From: a virus
Lineage: Duplodnaviria; Heunggongvirae; Uroviricota; Caudoviricetes
IMG/VR virus record: IMGVR_UViG_3300032245_001714
DNA: 64,000 bases
Direction: 5' to 3' (one strand)
Shown: positions 18,319 through 27,452 of the stretch, one piece after another
Numbering within the stretch: position 1 is the first letter of the stretch
Layout of the letters: each line of letters begins with the position of its first letter
Notes under the pieces: generated by a model
The model's database searches: none
What the model was told of the DNA's origin: nothing
The model's input: the letters and a program-made list of their open reading frames with translations, nothing else
Position numbers and translations under genes: made by a program

Positions 18319-18966
18319 ATGACAGATTTACTAATACTCGTAAATATATTCGTTCTAGAAGTCATTTTAAGCATCGATAACGCAGCTGTTTTAGCTACGA
18401 TGGTAAAACCATTACCAACAGAAAAACGCAAAAAAGCGCTAACCTATGGACTTCTAGGAGCATATCTTTTTAGGTGGTTAGCATTAGTTCTTGCCAGCTG
18501 GCTTATTAAACTCACTTGGCTTAAAGTTCTTGGAGGAGCATACCTCTTTTATATAGCTTGGAAATCCTTATCTAAAAATGAAGGTAGCAAGGAACCCGGA
18601 GCTGTTAAGATTCCATTTTTGAATGCTTTCTGGTCCACTATTTTTATGATCGAGGTTATGGACTTGGTTTTTTCTATAGATAATGTTTTTGCAGCTGTAG
18701 CATTTACACCGAACCTGTGGCTTATCTGTGGAGGGGTTTTCATTGGAATTCTGGCTATGAGATTTGCAACAAACAGCTTTATAGACCTTCTTGAAAAAAC
18801 CCCAATTTTAGAAAAAGTGGCCTATTATGTTATAGGAGCTTTAGGGCTTAAATTGATAGCATCTTATTGGCTAAAAGATTTAACCACTGAACACGTGGAT
18901 CTTCTCTTCTCCGGAGGAGTTTTACTCTCTTTTATAATTCCAATTCTTTTGGGAAAAAAGAAGTGA
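18319..18966 (+). CDS. TerC-family integral membrane protein
   Basis: The duplicated signature ...LSIDNAAV... and ...FSIDNVFAAVA... within multiple transmembrane segments. Confidence 0.7.
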   Translation: MTDLLILVNIFVLEVILSIDNAAVLATMVKPLPTEKRKKALTYGLLGAYLFRWLALVLASWLIKLTWLKVLGGAYLFYIAWKSLSKNEGSKEPGAVKIPFLNAFWSTIFMIEVMDLVFSIDNVFAAVAFTPNLWLICGGVFIGILAMRFATNSFIDLLEKTPILEKVAYYVIGALGLKLIASYWLKDLTTEHVDLLFSGGVLLSFIIPILLGKKK

Positions 18967-19440
18967 TTACTTCTTCTTTAAAGGGTGAATGGTTTGAATC
19001 CAATTAGGAAATTCATCCAGAATATCCGCCTGACTAGGATCATATCCATACTTAGAATACTGCTTAGGCTCTGAAACTTTGAATCTCTCCTTTGGATTTT
19101 GTGAAAACTGCTTATGAGCAAAATCTATAACAAACCCCTGTAGATAAGGAGCCACGTGAGCATCTTTAGCTTTTGATGTCTCCGGGAAATAGATAACTTT
19201 TACAGGAAGCCTTTGATTTTCACACCATCTGAAAAACTCCAGAGTAAACCATGCGCAATTCCCTATTTCTTTATCGAATTTCTTACCCTTCCTTAGGTCG
19301 TATTCTTTGCCTAATTCGTCTAAAAAAACTTCGGCGAGTCTTTCACAACCTGCTTTTATGTGAGGTACTGACGTAACCACTGGCAGGTAATCGCTGTTTA
19401 ATGTTGCCGTATAGGTCTCAAATAGGGATAAGTATTTCAT
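18967..19440 (-). CDS. hypothetical protein; start revised to MKYLSLFETY
   Basis: The internal ATG is preceded by GGATATATACAGGA and yields a tag-like N-terminus. The longer track ORF would begin in a divergent promoter region. Confidence 0.5.
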   Translation of the reverse strand: MKYLSLFETYTATLNSDYLPVVTSVPHIKAGCERLAEVFLDELGKEYDLRKGKKFDKEIGNCAWFTLEFFRWCENQRLPVKVIYFPETSKAKDAHVAPYLQGFVIDFAHKQFSQNPKERFKVSEPKQYSKYGYDPSQADILDEFPNWIQTIHPLKKK

Positions 19441-19491
19441 TCCTGTATATATCCAATATACAATGATACTGAGGAGGATATATAGTCTGTA

Positions 19492-19992
19492 ATGGAGCAT
19501 ATTTTACTTTTTGAGAGCTTTTTAAAAAGGGACGATTTAGGATCTAGATCCAGATTTATAGGAAATTTAGTGTTTGACTTTTGGCATTTCGACACCAATA
19601 TTCAAAAATCTAATCTACCTCCTTCCTTAAACTCAGAAGAGCTTATCGAATTAGCCCCAAGCATTGCTCAGGGATATTTCACTAAAGGTAAAGGACCTGG
19701 AACATACCTAGGATGCGAGGAATCACCGACGGGAGAATTTGTTTCTATCGTTTTAACTGAACCCTCTCCCTTGAAATTTGACTTTGAAGTTTTTGACAGC
19801 GAATACGAAAGAGTGTGCGAGATTAAAAATACAAGCTTTGACACTCTTCTTAGTGATATTTCTAAGCTTGAAAATAGATTTAAAGTTGCTTCAATACTAA
19901 AAAAGACCCCGGATCTCTGGGATATATTAAAAAGAAATAACGATGCTGACTCGGCTTCGGCTTCTGCAGATCTGGGAGAACTTGGATTTTAA
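19492..19992 (+). CDS. paralog of the LRR-family C-terminal domain, ending ADLGELGF
   Basis: MEHILLFESF...; C-terminus DLWDILKRNNDADSASASADLGELGF; GGATATATAGTCTGTA lies upstream. Confidence 0.6.
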   Translation: MEHILLFESFLKRDDLGSRSRFIGNLVFDFWHFDTNIQKSNLPPSLNSEELIELAPSIAQGYFTKGKGPGTYLGCEESPTGEFVSIVLTEPSPLKFDFEVFDSEYERVCEIKNTSFDTLLSDISKLENRFKVASILKKTPDLWDILKRNNDADSASASADLGELGF

Positions 19993-20009
19993 TTTTACAA
20001 CATAAAGAT

Positions 20010-21050
20010 ATGAAAAGAATACTAGATTTTAAAATTTTCGAATCCTCATCAAATTTAACTGAGGAGCAAGAACAATTCCTCGAAGAGGTGGTTGACGGTG
20101 AATGGGAGTACAACTCCTTAACCAGAAGAATAGACATCCAAGGAGACTTGGATTGCTCCGATCACGATCTATCGGATTTTAAAGGAATTCTATTTGGAAC
20201 AGTCTCAGGAAACTTTGATTGTAGCCACAACGACTTAGATGGTCTAAAGGGTGCACCAGAAGAAGTTGGGGGTAGCTTTGATTGCGACTACAATAAATTA
20301 ACAAGTTTAAAGAATGGACCTTTAACAGTTGGAGTTGATTTCAATTGCTCTTATAACAAGAAGCTAAAAAGTTTAGAATTTGCCCCTAGTGAAATCGGAG
20401 GTAAAGTTGATTGCTCACATTGCGGATTAACTTCATTAGAAGGATTACCTAAAAAGATAAACGGCAGTTTAATCTGTAGCTATAATAATTTAGAGGATCT
20501 TTCAGGAGCTCCTAAATCAGTTAGATCTCTTATGGCTCAAAATAATGATCTTGAAACATTGGAAGGATGTCCGGAAGATATTTCTAAGAACATTAATGTC
20601 AGTAACAATAAACTTAAGAATCTAAAAGGACTTAAACCTGGCACGACATCTATTAAAGGAAACATGGATTTTTCTAAAAATCAGATCACAGATATAAGCG
20701 ATATTCCAATCCCTCAAGGAACCGTAAATTTTGAGGAGAATGGAATTGCTCCAAAAATTTATGATTCTCTTGTAAACACGTTTAAGGTAATGAAGCAATA
20801 TAATTTAAGTTTTAAAAATGCTTTACTTAGAAGTTGGGAAGATAGATGGTCCGATAAGTCTAATGTAATCAGAAATCTATTCTCATTAGCCGACGTTTCA
20901 ACTGCTTATGGTGCTATAACCGATCACCCTAAGAAGTTTGAAATAATAGATCATATTAAGAAGGAGCTTCCTGATATCTGGAAAACAATTGAAGATTACG
21001 ATAAAGAAGGTTCGGACGCATCTGCAGATCTTGCAGACTTAGGATTCTAA
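20010..21050 (+). CDS. LRR-like repeat protein, family member (C-terminus ...ADLADLGF)
   Basis: MKRILDFKIFES; repeats GAPEEVGGSFDCDYNKLTSLKNGP... Confidence 0.7.
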   Translation: MKRILDFKIFESSSNLTEEQEQFLEEVVDGEWEYNSLTRRIDIQGDLDCSDHDLSDFKGILFGTVSGNFDCSHNDLDGLKGAPEEVGGSFDCDYNKLTSLKNGPLTVGVDFNCSYNKKLKSLEFAPSEIGGKVDCSHCGLTSLEGLPKKINGSLICSYNNLEDLSGAPKSVRSLMAQNNDLETLEGCPEDISKNINVSNNKLKNLKGLKPGTTSIKGNMDFSKNQITDISDIPIPQGTVNFEENGIAPKIYDSLVNTFKVMKQYNLSFKNALLRSWEDRWSDKSNVIRNLFSLADVSTAYGAITDHPKKFEIIDHIKKELPDIWKTIEDYDKEGSDASADLADLGF

Positions 21051-21070
21051 ATAAACAAAAATATAAAAAA

Positions 21071-21499
21071 ATGAAACATATTCAAATTTTTGAAGCTTAC
21101 ACAGCAAAGGGTGATAAGATTGATAAAGCAAGAGATCTCTTCGCTATGTTAAAAGAGAAGGATTTTAGATCCGTTGAAGTTGAAGACTTTATATTTAGTC
21201 TAAATCAAAAGGAGATTAATGAGTTTAAGAAAAAATTTGCTCAAGGTGGGATAGTAAACAGAAAGAGTTTTAATCTTCTAACAAAATACTTTAAGAATTT
21301 CCTTGATCTTGAATTCCTAGATGAAGTTATAGAATCAACAAAAGATGCTTTTGAAACGCTTGAGTATGCTGCCAACTACGAGAGAAATCCCGAAGATCAG
21401 AAAAAAATGGCAAGAGATCTTCTCCAGAACAAAGACGAGATTATGAGAAGACTAAATAATTTAAAATCTAGAATAGAGAAATATCAGAGCGAAATTTAA
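21071..21499 (+). CDS. hypothetical protein (142 aa), tag-like N-terminus MKHIQIFEAY
   Basis: ORF track entry. Confidence 0.5.
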   Translation: MKHIQIFEAYTAKGDKIDKARDLFAMLKEKDFRSVEVEDFIFSLNQKEINEFKKKFAQGGIVNRKSFNLLTKYFKNFLDLEFLDEVIESTKDAFETLEYAANYERNPEDQKKMARDLLQNKDEIMRRLNNLKSRIEKYQSEI

Positions 21500-21500
21500 C

Positions 21501-22325
21501 ATGCAGAATATACATTCATATAAGGACTTTATAAACGAGGCAATTAAATATCTAAGTACGGATGAACTTTTCAGTTGGCTAGAAAAGAGAAAAAATTGCA
21601 CATTCATAGCTCTAGACACAGAAACAACAGGACTAAGAGGTCCTTGGAAAGAGCAACTAACTCAAATAGCTGCAGTAGCATTCTCTTTCGATTTTGAATC
21701 ATTAAAATTCTCAGAGGTTGATAGCTATAATGAAAAAATTAAGCTAACTCCGGAAACATTAGCTCAGAAAGACACGGAGGGATCCAGAATAAAAGACGTT
21801 TTTAAATACACAAGATATGGAGTAAGTAAAGGTAAATTCAAAGAAGAACAAGAGGTAATTGATAACCTAATAAAATTTGTTAATCAATTTGACAGTACTG
21901 TTCTTTTAATACAGAATGCACCTTTCGATATGCCGATGATTAATATCAGATCAGAGTTCAAAGGGTTAGATACAGAGATTTTTGACACAAAGGATTTCTT
22001 TGCATACTTCATGCTTCCAACTCTTCAGAAACTAGCTGAGACTGATCCAGAGGTTCAAAAAATATTAACCGCAATAGGAACAACATCAGGAGGTAAACTC
22101 CCAACATCTTCTCTACCTAAAGTTGCTGCTGGTCTCGGAATAGATCCTAACGAAGCACATGATGCGCTATTCGATTGCAGATATATGGTTTATGTTTTAG
22201 AGAGAGGTCTTGAAATAGTAAGCCAAAATAGAGAGATAGACAGAAAAGAATTTATTAGACCTAGAATTTCCACAGATCGTTATATTAAGATGAAAAACAA
22301 AATGAATTTAGGTAAATTGAGATAA
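21501..22325 (+). CDS. DnaQ-like (DEDDh) 3'-5' exonuclease
   Basis: Exo I motif FIALDTETTGL; Exo III motif HDALFDCRYMVY. Confidence 0.65.
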   Translation: MQNIHSYKDFINEAIKYLSTDELFSWLEKRKNCTFIALDTETTGLRGPWKEQLTQIAAVAFSFDFESLKFSEVDSYNEKIKLTPETLAQKDTEGSRIKDVFKYTRYGVSKGKFKEEQEVIDNLIKFVNQFDSTVLLIQNAPFDMPMINIRSEFKGLDTEIFDTKDFFAYFMLPTLQKLAETDPEVQKILTAIGTTSGGKLPTSSLPKVAAGLGIDPNEAHDALFDCRYMVYVLERGLEIVSQNREIDRKEFIRPRISTDRYIKMKNKMNLGKLR

Positions 22326-22810
22326 TGAAAAAGGTAAAAACATTTTCTGATTATATTGAAGGCATAAAAAAGCTAGATCCTATTAACTCCGGGAGATCTT
22401 TTCGAATGGAGAATCAGGATGTAACAAAATTGGCTTCAGACATTATCAAATTCATGGATGAGGAAGAAGGCATAAAGTTCAAAGAAATGCCTAAGATTTT
22501 TTTCAGCAGAGCTAAGCAAGAAGAATTCCCTGTTTTCAAAGAGACTGGGAATTATTCACCTGATTTTAATCAAATTATCATCTACACAAAAGGAAGATCA
22601 CTTAAAGACTGTCTAAGATCACTAACCCACGAATTAATTCATGCAGATCAGAAGCTCAATAAAGGCATGGATATAGAAAAGGCCGCAGAGGGTATTTACA
22701 AAAAATCAAAAGGCTCAGAGAAAATAGAGGCTGATGCCTACAAGAGAGGAAATCTCATTTTTAGAAAATGGGAGGAATCTTTAAGAAATAAATCTGAAAG
22801 TTTTTCTTAG
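22325..22810 (+). CDS. small putative HExxH metallopeptidase (161 aa)
   Basis: LTHELIHADQ; N-terminus MKKVKTFSDYIEG. Confidence 0.45.
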   Translation: MKKVKTFSDYIEGIKKLDPINSGRSFRMENQDVTKLASDIIKFMDEEEGIKFKEMPKIFFSRAKQEEFPVFKETGNYSPDFNQIIIYTKGRSLKDCLRSLTHELIHADQKLNKGMDIEKAAEGIYKKSKGSEKIEADAYKRGNLIFRKWEESLRNKSESFS

Positions 22811-22986
22811 TGACTTGATCTGATGATCAGGTACACCATTGAAGCTATAAAGGTAATTAAAAGACCAAGAATAGCTATACCCTGGATTTTATAATTTCCC
22901 TCTACCTGTTTTTTACTTCTCCCCTGATGTTCTTCAGGCTTGTACCAGTCGTCTAATTTTACTGATTTGCTCATTTCTATAAATTT

Positions 22987-23652
22987 TTATATGAGGTTCC
23001 CCTCTTTATCGAATTTATAGTCATTAGCTGTGATAAAGTTCTCGATGTAATCGTCGGAAGTGAAACTTTCGTATTCATCCTCCAGTTTTCTGTAGAATTC
23101 TCTGCATTTAGATCTGAGCCAATCGTTACCCTTCTCCTCGATCTTTCCTGCCTCTTTCTCCATGTCTATTATAATTGAGAAATCGACAGAAACCGGAAAT
23201 TCCAATTCTGTCTCCTCCAAATCAACTTCAACATCAACTGTGTTCTCGTGAACGTATCTAGATTGAGATCTTTTTATCTCTATTGTTAAATTATCATAGA
23301 CCTCTGGTCTTAAATCTCTAATACCCAGAACATCCTCTATGAATTTTTTATTATCCGTGATACTTCCTGTAAAAGAAGCCCCGTCGCCTTGACTGTAGAA
23401 TCCACTAAATTGAAAGTCTACATCTTCTATCCCTATCTCCGCTAGTTCATCCTCAAATTCTTTCACCATTTCCTTGTACCAATCATGGGGGATCAGATCT
23501 TCGTCAGATCTAAAATTATCTATTGCCTTAGCTTGTGCATAGGTATCCAGCTCCTCATAGGAGTATTCAGTTTCGTCCTCTGGTTCTGCCATTTTAAAAG
23601 TTTCTTGAACCTTAGTGCTTCCCAGAAACCCCATATATTTTAGTATCGCCAT
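22987..23652 (-). CDS. hypothetical acidic protein (221 aa)
   Basis: GATATATAGGAC lies immediately 5' of the ATG on the minus strand. Confidence 0.55.
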   Translation of the reverse strand: MAILKYMGFLGSTKVQETFKMAEPEDETEYSYEELDTYAQAKAIDNFRSDEDLIPHDWYKEMVKEFEDELAEIGIEDVDFQFSGFYSQGDGASFTGSITDNKKFIEDVLGIRDLRPEVYDNLTIEIKRSQSRYVHENTVDVEVDLEETELEFPVSVDFSIIIDMEKEAGKIEEKGNDWLRSKCREFYRKLEDEYESFTSDDYIENFITANDYKFDKEGNLI

Positions 23653-23666
23653 GTCCTATATATCTT
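23653..23666 (-). promoter_or_regulatory. GATATATAGG start-proximal motif, minus strand
   Basis: Reverse complement: agatatataggac followed by ATG. Confidence 0.4.
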
Positions 23667-24010
23667 TATTTTCTATAACAGACGGGGTTTCAATATATAC
23701 AAGTGGATAACAAAGAATCCCTGAATTTTTCCATTAAAAGATGTTTTCTTGGAAATATCTCAAGTATTTTCCACGATACGAGTAAATTCAGAAAAAAATT
23801 TCCATTATGGACGACCCTGGTGATACAAAAAACAAAAATAAAAGAAAAATTACCAATATGGTTCTTGATGGCTTCCATGTTTTTTTTTCCGTTAGGATAC
23901 GATGGGCTATTTGCTTACATAATGCGATTAACGGGTAGCTATTGGATCGCAGACATAATATTCTATGTAATATCAGGAATTTTTTTTGTCGCTTACCTTT
24001 TTTCTAAAAA

Positions 24011-24688
24011 ATGGATTACCAAAGACACTACGATAGATTAATAGAAACTAGGTCTAATCTCAATAGAAAGAAAGGATCTGGTGTCTATTACGAGCTTCAT
24101 CATATAAATCCTCTTTGCATGGGAGGGGATAATTCAGAAGGCAATTTAATATTACTAACAGCCAGAGAACATTTTATAGCGCATTTACTTTTATTTAGGG
24201 TTTATCCTAATAGCATAGGTCTTTCTTTCGCTTTCTGGTTAATGTGCAATTCGGACAGTAAATATAAATGCGGATCTAGATTATATTCAGAAATGAGAAG
24301 TGATATATCCGAAAAATTTAAGGGGGTTAGTAAAAGTGAATCAACTAAAAAGAAAATGAGGAAACCAAAAAGCGAATCCCATAAAGTAAATATTTCTTTA
24401 GGACTCCTAGGAATTAAATTTACGGAATCCCATAGAATGAACATTTCTAAATCTGCTAAGGGATTAGTACTTTCGGATACTGTAAAATTAAAGATGTCAG
24501 AATCTAGGAAGGGCGATAAAAATTCTTTTTATGGGAAATCCCACAGTCCTGAGACCAGGGAAAGATTAAAGGAATCTTGGAAAAACAGAGAAGAATCTAG
24601 CTGTCCTCACTGTAATAAGTCCAGTAAAAATATGGGGAATCTTAAAAGATTCCATTTTGACAATTGCAACAAAAAACCCGGAATCTAG
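24011..24688 (+). CDS. freestanding HNH homing endonuclease with NUMOD3-like repeats
   Basis: HNH core YYELHHINPLCMGGDNSEGNLILLTAREHFIAHLL, followed by three SES[RTK]K.... repeats (SESTKKKMRK, TESHRMNISKSAKG, SESRKGDKNSFYGKSHSPETRERLKES). Confidence 0.7.
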   Translation: MDYQRHYDRLIETRSNLNRKKGSGVYYELHHINPLCMGGDNSEGNLILLTAREHFIAHLLLFRVYPNSIGLSFAFWLMCNSDSKYKCGSRLYSEMRSDISEKFKGVSKSESTKKKMRKPKSESHKVNISLGLLGIKFTESHRMNISKSAKGLVLSDTVKLKMSESRKGDKNSFYGKSHSPETRERLKESWKNREESSCPHCNKSSKNMGNLKRFHFDNCNKKPGI

Positions 24689-24815
24689 AAAGATCCCGGG
24701 TTGAACCAAAACAAACACCTATGAAAGCTGCTATTGTGTAACAAATCCTTCGTAGGGTTACTGATATTATAGACTTACTATACTTTTTGTTTCGAATAGA
24801 TTCGTCTATATTGAA

Positions 24816-25130
24816 TTAAAAATTATCGTCTTCTATCAGATCGTTGAAAAGATCGCGGAAGCATCCTCTTAGCTCCTTTTCATTTTCCGGTAGATTATCA
24901 TACACAATACCTGGATGTTCTTTTGAGGCAAGCTCAAAACACTTACCCACTATAGAACTACCGTATTTACCGGTTAATTCCTGCATCTTCTCTTTTTTTA
25001 TAACAAGGTAGTTCATGCTTAGATTTTTGTAAATTACTTCTCTTGCTTTTACGTATATAACCAAACTCACTCCAAAAATAAGAATAACGATAGCTATAGC
25101 TCTCATTACGGCATCTAAATACCAAATCAT
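24816..25130 (-). CDS. hypothetical protein with an N-terminal TM segment (104 aa)
   Basis: ORF track entry. Confidence 0.45.
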   Translation of the reverse strand: MIWYLDAVMRAIAIVILIFGVSLVIYVKAREVIYKNLSMNYLVIKKEKMQELTGKYGSSIVGKCFELASKEHPGIVYDNLPENEKELRGCFRDLFNDLIEDDNF

Positions 25131-25882
25131 GACCTAACTATGGGTATTAAAATTTTAGTGACAAAAGCTTCCATATCGTCTAAAGAGATGAGATCAACAG
25201 AGTCCTCGTCGGTGTGGCACCTTGACCAAGATCTATTATCTAAGAACCCTCTCTGATTAGATATAAAAGAAACACCCTCAGTTAAAAGAGGTAACGGGTT
25301 TAGTACCGTGCTATCTATTCCTGCCATTCTAAAAGCAGTCGTGTCGCTAACAGGTGTCTTGACCACCGTGGGGTTAAACATCTCCAATATTTTATCATTC
25401 AGATTTCCAGGGTTGTCTCCTATTATAAAATTTTCACCGCCCATCCCAGATAGCTCCAAATTTATAACCCCTTCTATTTTTCCATAAACCCCTTGGTTGA
25501 TCTGCTCTGCTAACCTAGTTGCCCCTATGAGCCCAACCTCCTCTCCGTCAGTTAAAACAACGGTTGCCTCTGGCACCAGTGACTTAAGATAAATTGCATT
25601 TATAACAGAAGCTGAATTGTCATTTGCATTGTCAGAATCCGGATTCACTATATCATGGTGAGCTGTGATGATATACTTGGAAGTCCCAGGTAGAATTACA
25701 TTATAGAAGTTGTTTTTTCCTGAAAAACTAAAAGCGTCAATGATCTTTTTTATTCCAAATTTTTCTAGCATTGATAGAATAAAAATAACCCTAGGGGTTG
25801 GCACCCTACCGTTTTCCGTAGCGTTTCCTTTATTCCTAGCTTCTTGGCAGAATGGGTATATTGCCTCTAATATATTATCCAT
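25127..25882 (-). CDS. M28-family zinc peptidase-like protein
   Basis: Metal-binding spacing HHD...D...EE...D...H as in TAHHDIV, LTDGEEVGLIG and CHTDED. Confidence 0.6.
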   Translation of the reverse strand: MDNILEAIYPFCQEARNKGNATENGRVPTPRVIFILSMLEKFGIKKIIDAFSFSGKNNFYNVILPGTSKYIITAHHDIVNPDSDNANDNSASVINAIYLKSLVPEATVVLTDGEEVGLIGATRLAEQINQGVYGKIEGVINLELSGMGGENFIIGDNPGNLNDKILEMFNPTVVKTPVSDTTAFRMAGIDSTVLNPLPLLTEGVSFISNQRGFLDNRSWSRCHTDEDSVDLISLDDMEAFVTKILIPIVRS

Positions 25883-25884
25883 AA

Positions 25885-26307
25885 CTAAATGTTTTTAATT
25901 TCTCTTTCGATCTCTCTTGATCTAATCCTTTCTCTTTTGTCATATTCCTTTCTTCCTTTAGCTAGAGAAATCTTTACCTTTATTAAATTCCTATCTGATA
26001 AAAAAATTAGGGTTGGAACTATAGTGACCCCTTTATCTAAACCCTTTTGAAGTTTTGAAATCTCTTTCTTTTTTAGTAAGAGTTTTTTATTTCGAAGTGG
26101 ATCGTGGTTCCAGTCCTTAGAATCTGCTGAGATGTGCATGCCTTTTAGCCACACCTCGCCATCTTGTATAAAGCAAAAAGCATCCACCAGAGAAACCCTT
26201 GATTCTCTGATGGCCTTAACTTCAGATCCATAGAGGCATATACCTGCGTTAAATTCCTCTATAAAGCTGTAATCAAAATTAGCTTTTCTGTTTTTTATCG
26301 GATTCAT
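25885..26307 (-). CDS. smpB: SsrA-binding protein SmpB homolog
   Basis: Colinear with E. coli SmpB: EEFNAGICLYGSEVKAIR, HDPLRNKKLLLKKKEI, KVKISLAKGRKEYDKRE. Confidence 0.75.
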   Translation of the reverse strand: MNPIKNRKANFDYSFIEEFNAGICLYGSEVKAIRESRVSLVDAFCFIQDGEVWLKGMHISADSKDWNHDPLRNKKLLLKKKEISKLQKGLDKGVTIVPTLIFLSDRNLIKVKISLAKGRKEYDKRERIRSREIEREIKNI

Positions 26308-26313
26308 TCTGAA

Positions 26314-26991
26314 TTATTTTTTCTTCTTCTTAAGAACCACCTCATCGATGATTCCGTATTTAACCGCTTCATCAGCACTCAGCCAAAAATCTCTTGTTGC
26401 GTCCTTCATGACCTGCTCTGGCTTCTTTCCACAGTAACCTCCTAGAAGATCGAAAAGAATTTTGTTAACCTCTTCCCATTCTTTCATGTCAATTTTAGCG
26501 TCTTGAATGTTCCCCCTGAATCCTCCACTTGATTGGTGTAACATCACCTTGCTGAATCTAAGTGAGCTACGCTTTCCTTTAGTACCTGCTCCAAGTAAAA
26601 CTGATCCCATTGAAGCTGCCATTCCGGTGTTAACTGTTCTGATGTCTGCAGAAATGTATTCCATTACATCAACCATAGATAAACCTGATTTTACTGAACC
26701 CCCTGGAGAGTCTATGTGCATGGTGATATCTCTATCATCAACAGAGTCTAAAAACATTAACTGTGCTTGGACAACTGTTGACATGCTATCATCAACCTCA
26801 CCCGCTACCCATAGAATGCGGTCACGCATTAATCGAGAAAAGATGTCCATTTGGGTTACTCTCATTTCTCTTTCTTCTAGGATGTAAGGAGTCATTGAAG
26901 ACTCTATCTTTTTTTCGAAATAGTTGATTCGGGAAGAAGAAATCCCGTATTCACTTCTGGCGTACTTTTCAAATTCTGATCGATAATTCAT
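26314..26991 (-). CDS. clpP: ClpP-family serine protease (S14) with an N-terminal extension
   Basis: IDSPGGSV, catalytic Ser in GMAASMGS, His in MLHQSSGG. Confidence 0.8.
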   Translation of the reverse strand: MNYRSEFEKYARSEYGISSSRINYFEKKIESSMTPYILEEREMRVTQMDIFSRLMRDRILWVAGEVDDSMSTVVQAQLMFLDSVDDRDITMHIDSPGGSVKSGLSMVDVMEYISADIRTVNTGMAASMGSVLLGAGTKGKRSSLRFSKVMLHQSSGGFRGNIQDAKIDMKEWEEVNKILFDLLGGYCGKKPEQVMKDATRDFWLSADEAVKYGIIDEVVLKKKKK

Positions 26992-26995
26992 ATTG

Positions 26996-27379
26996 CTATT
27001 TTATTTTTTCCCATTTCATTTCTTCGAATGCCCAGACAGGTAAACATTTAATTTTAACCTCTGTTGTCCATTCAAGCTCTACTATTATAAGGTCTTTCCA
27101 TTTGGGTGAAAATTCACCCATATTATTAGACATGTTTTTCGTATAAATTTCGCCCTCCCCCTTCCAAATCATAGCGGGTGTTGCCATTATCATTGGACCT
27201 CCTGGAGGGTCTATGAGGAGCAAATTTCCGGCAGGATCCCTTGAAACCTTCACAAATTGGCTGAGCTGACCTCCACTCATAATGAACTCCAGTTCGGAAA
27301 TCCTTGTGAATTTAAGACAATCACCATATCGGTTTACGTATATTTCCTCCTCTTTGATCCATTTGCCATTTAATCTCAT
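26996..27379 (-). CDS. hypothetical protein (127 aa)
   Basis: ORF track entry; a TATATAT-containing motif upstream. Confidence 0.5.
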   Translation of the reverse strand: MRLNGKWIKEEEIYVNRYGDCLKFTRISELEFIMSGGQLSQFVKVSRDPAGNLLLIDPPGGPMIMATPAMIWKGEGEIYTKNMSNNMGEFSPKWKDLIIVELEWTTEVKIKCLPVWAFEEMKWEKIK

Positions 27380-27452
27380 ACGGATGCAAATATATAGAAA
27401 GATTCCGAAATAAAAAAATATTTAGGGATAAATATATCATAAAACACATAAG

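Noticed and set aside
23703-24041. 112-aa plus-strand ORF upstream of the HNH gene
   Set aside because: It starts inside the promoter region of the divergent gene and runs into the HNH start. It is only partly hydrophobic, so it may be a short membrane peptide from an internal Met. Not confident enough to call.
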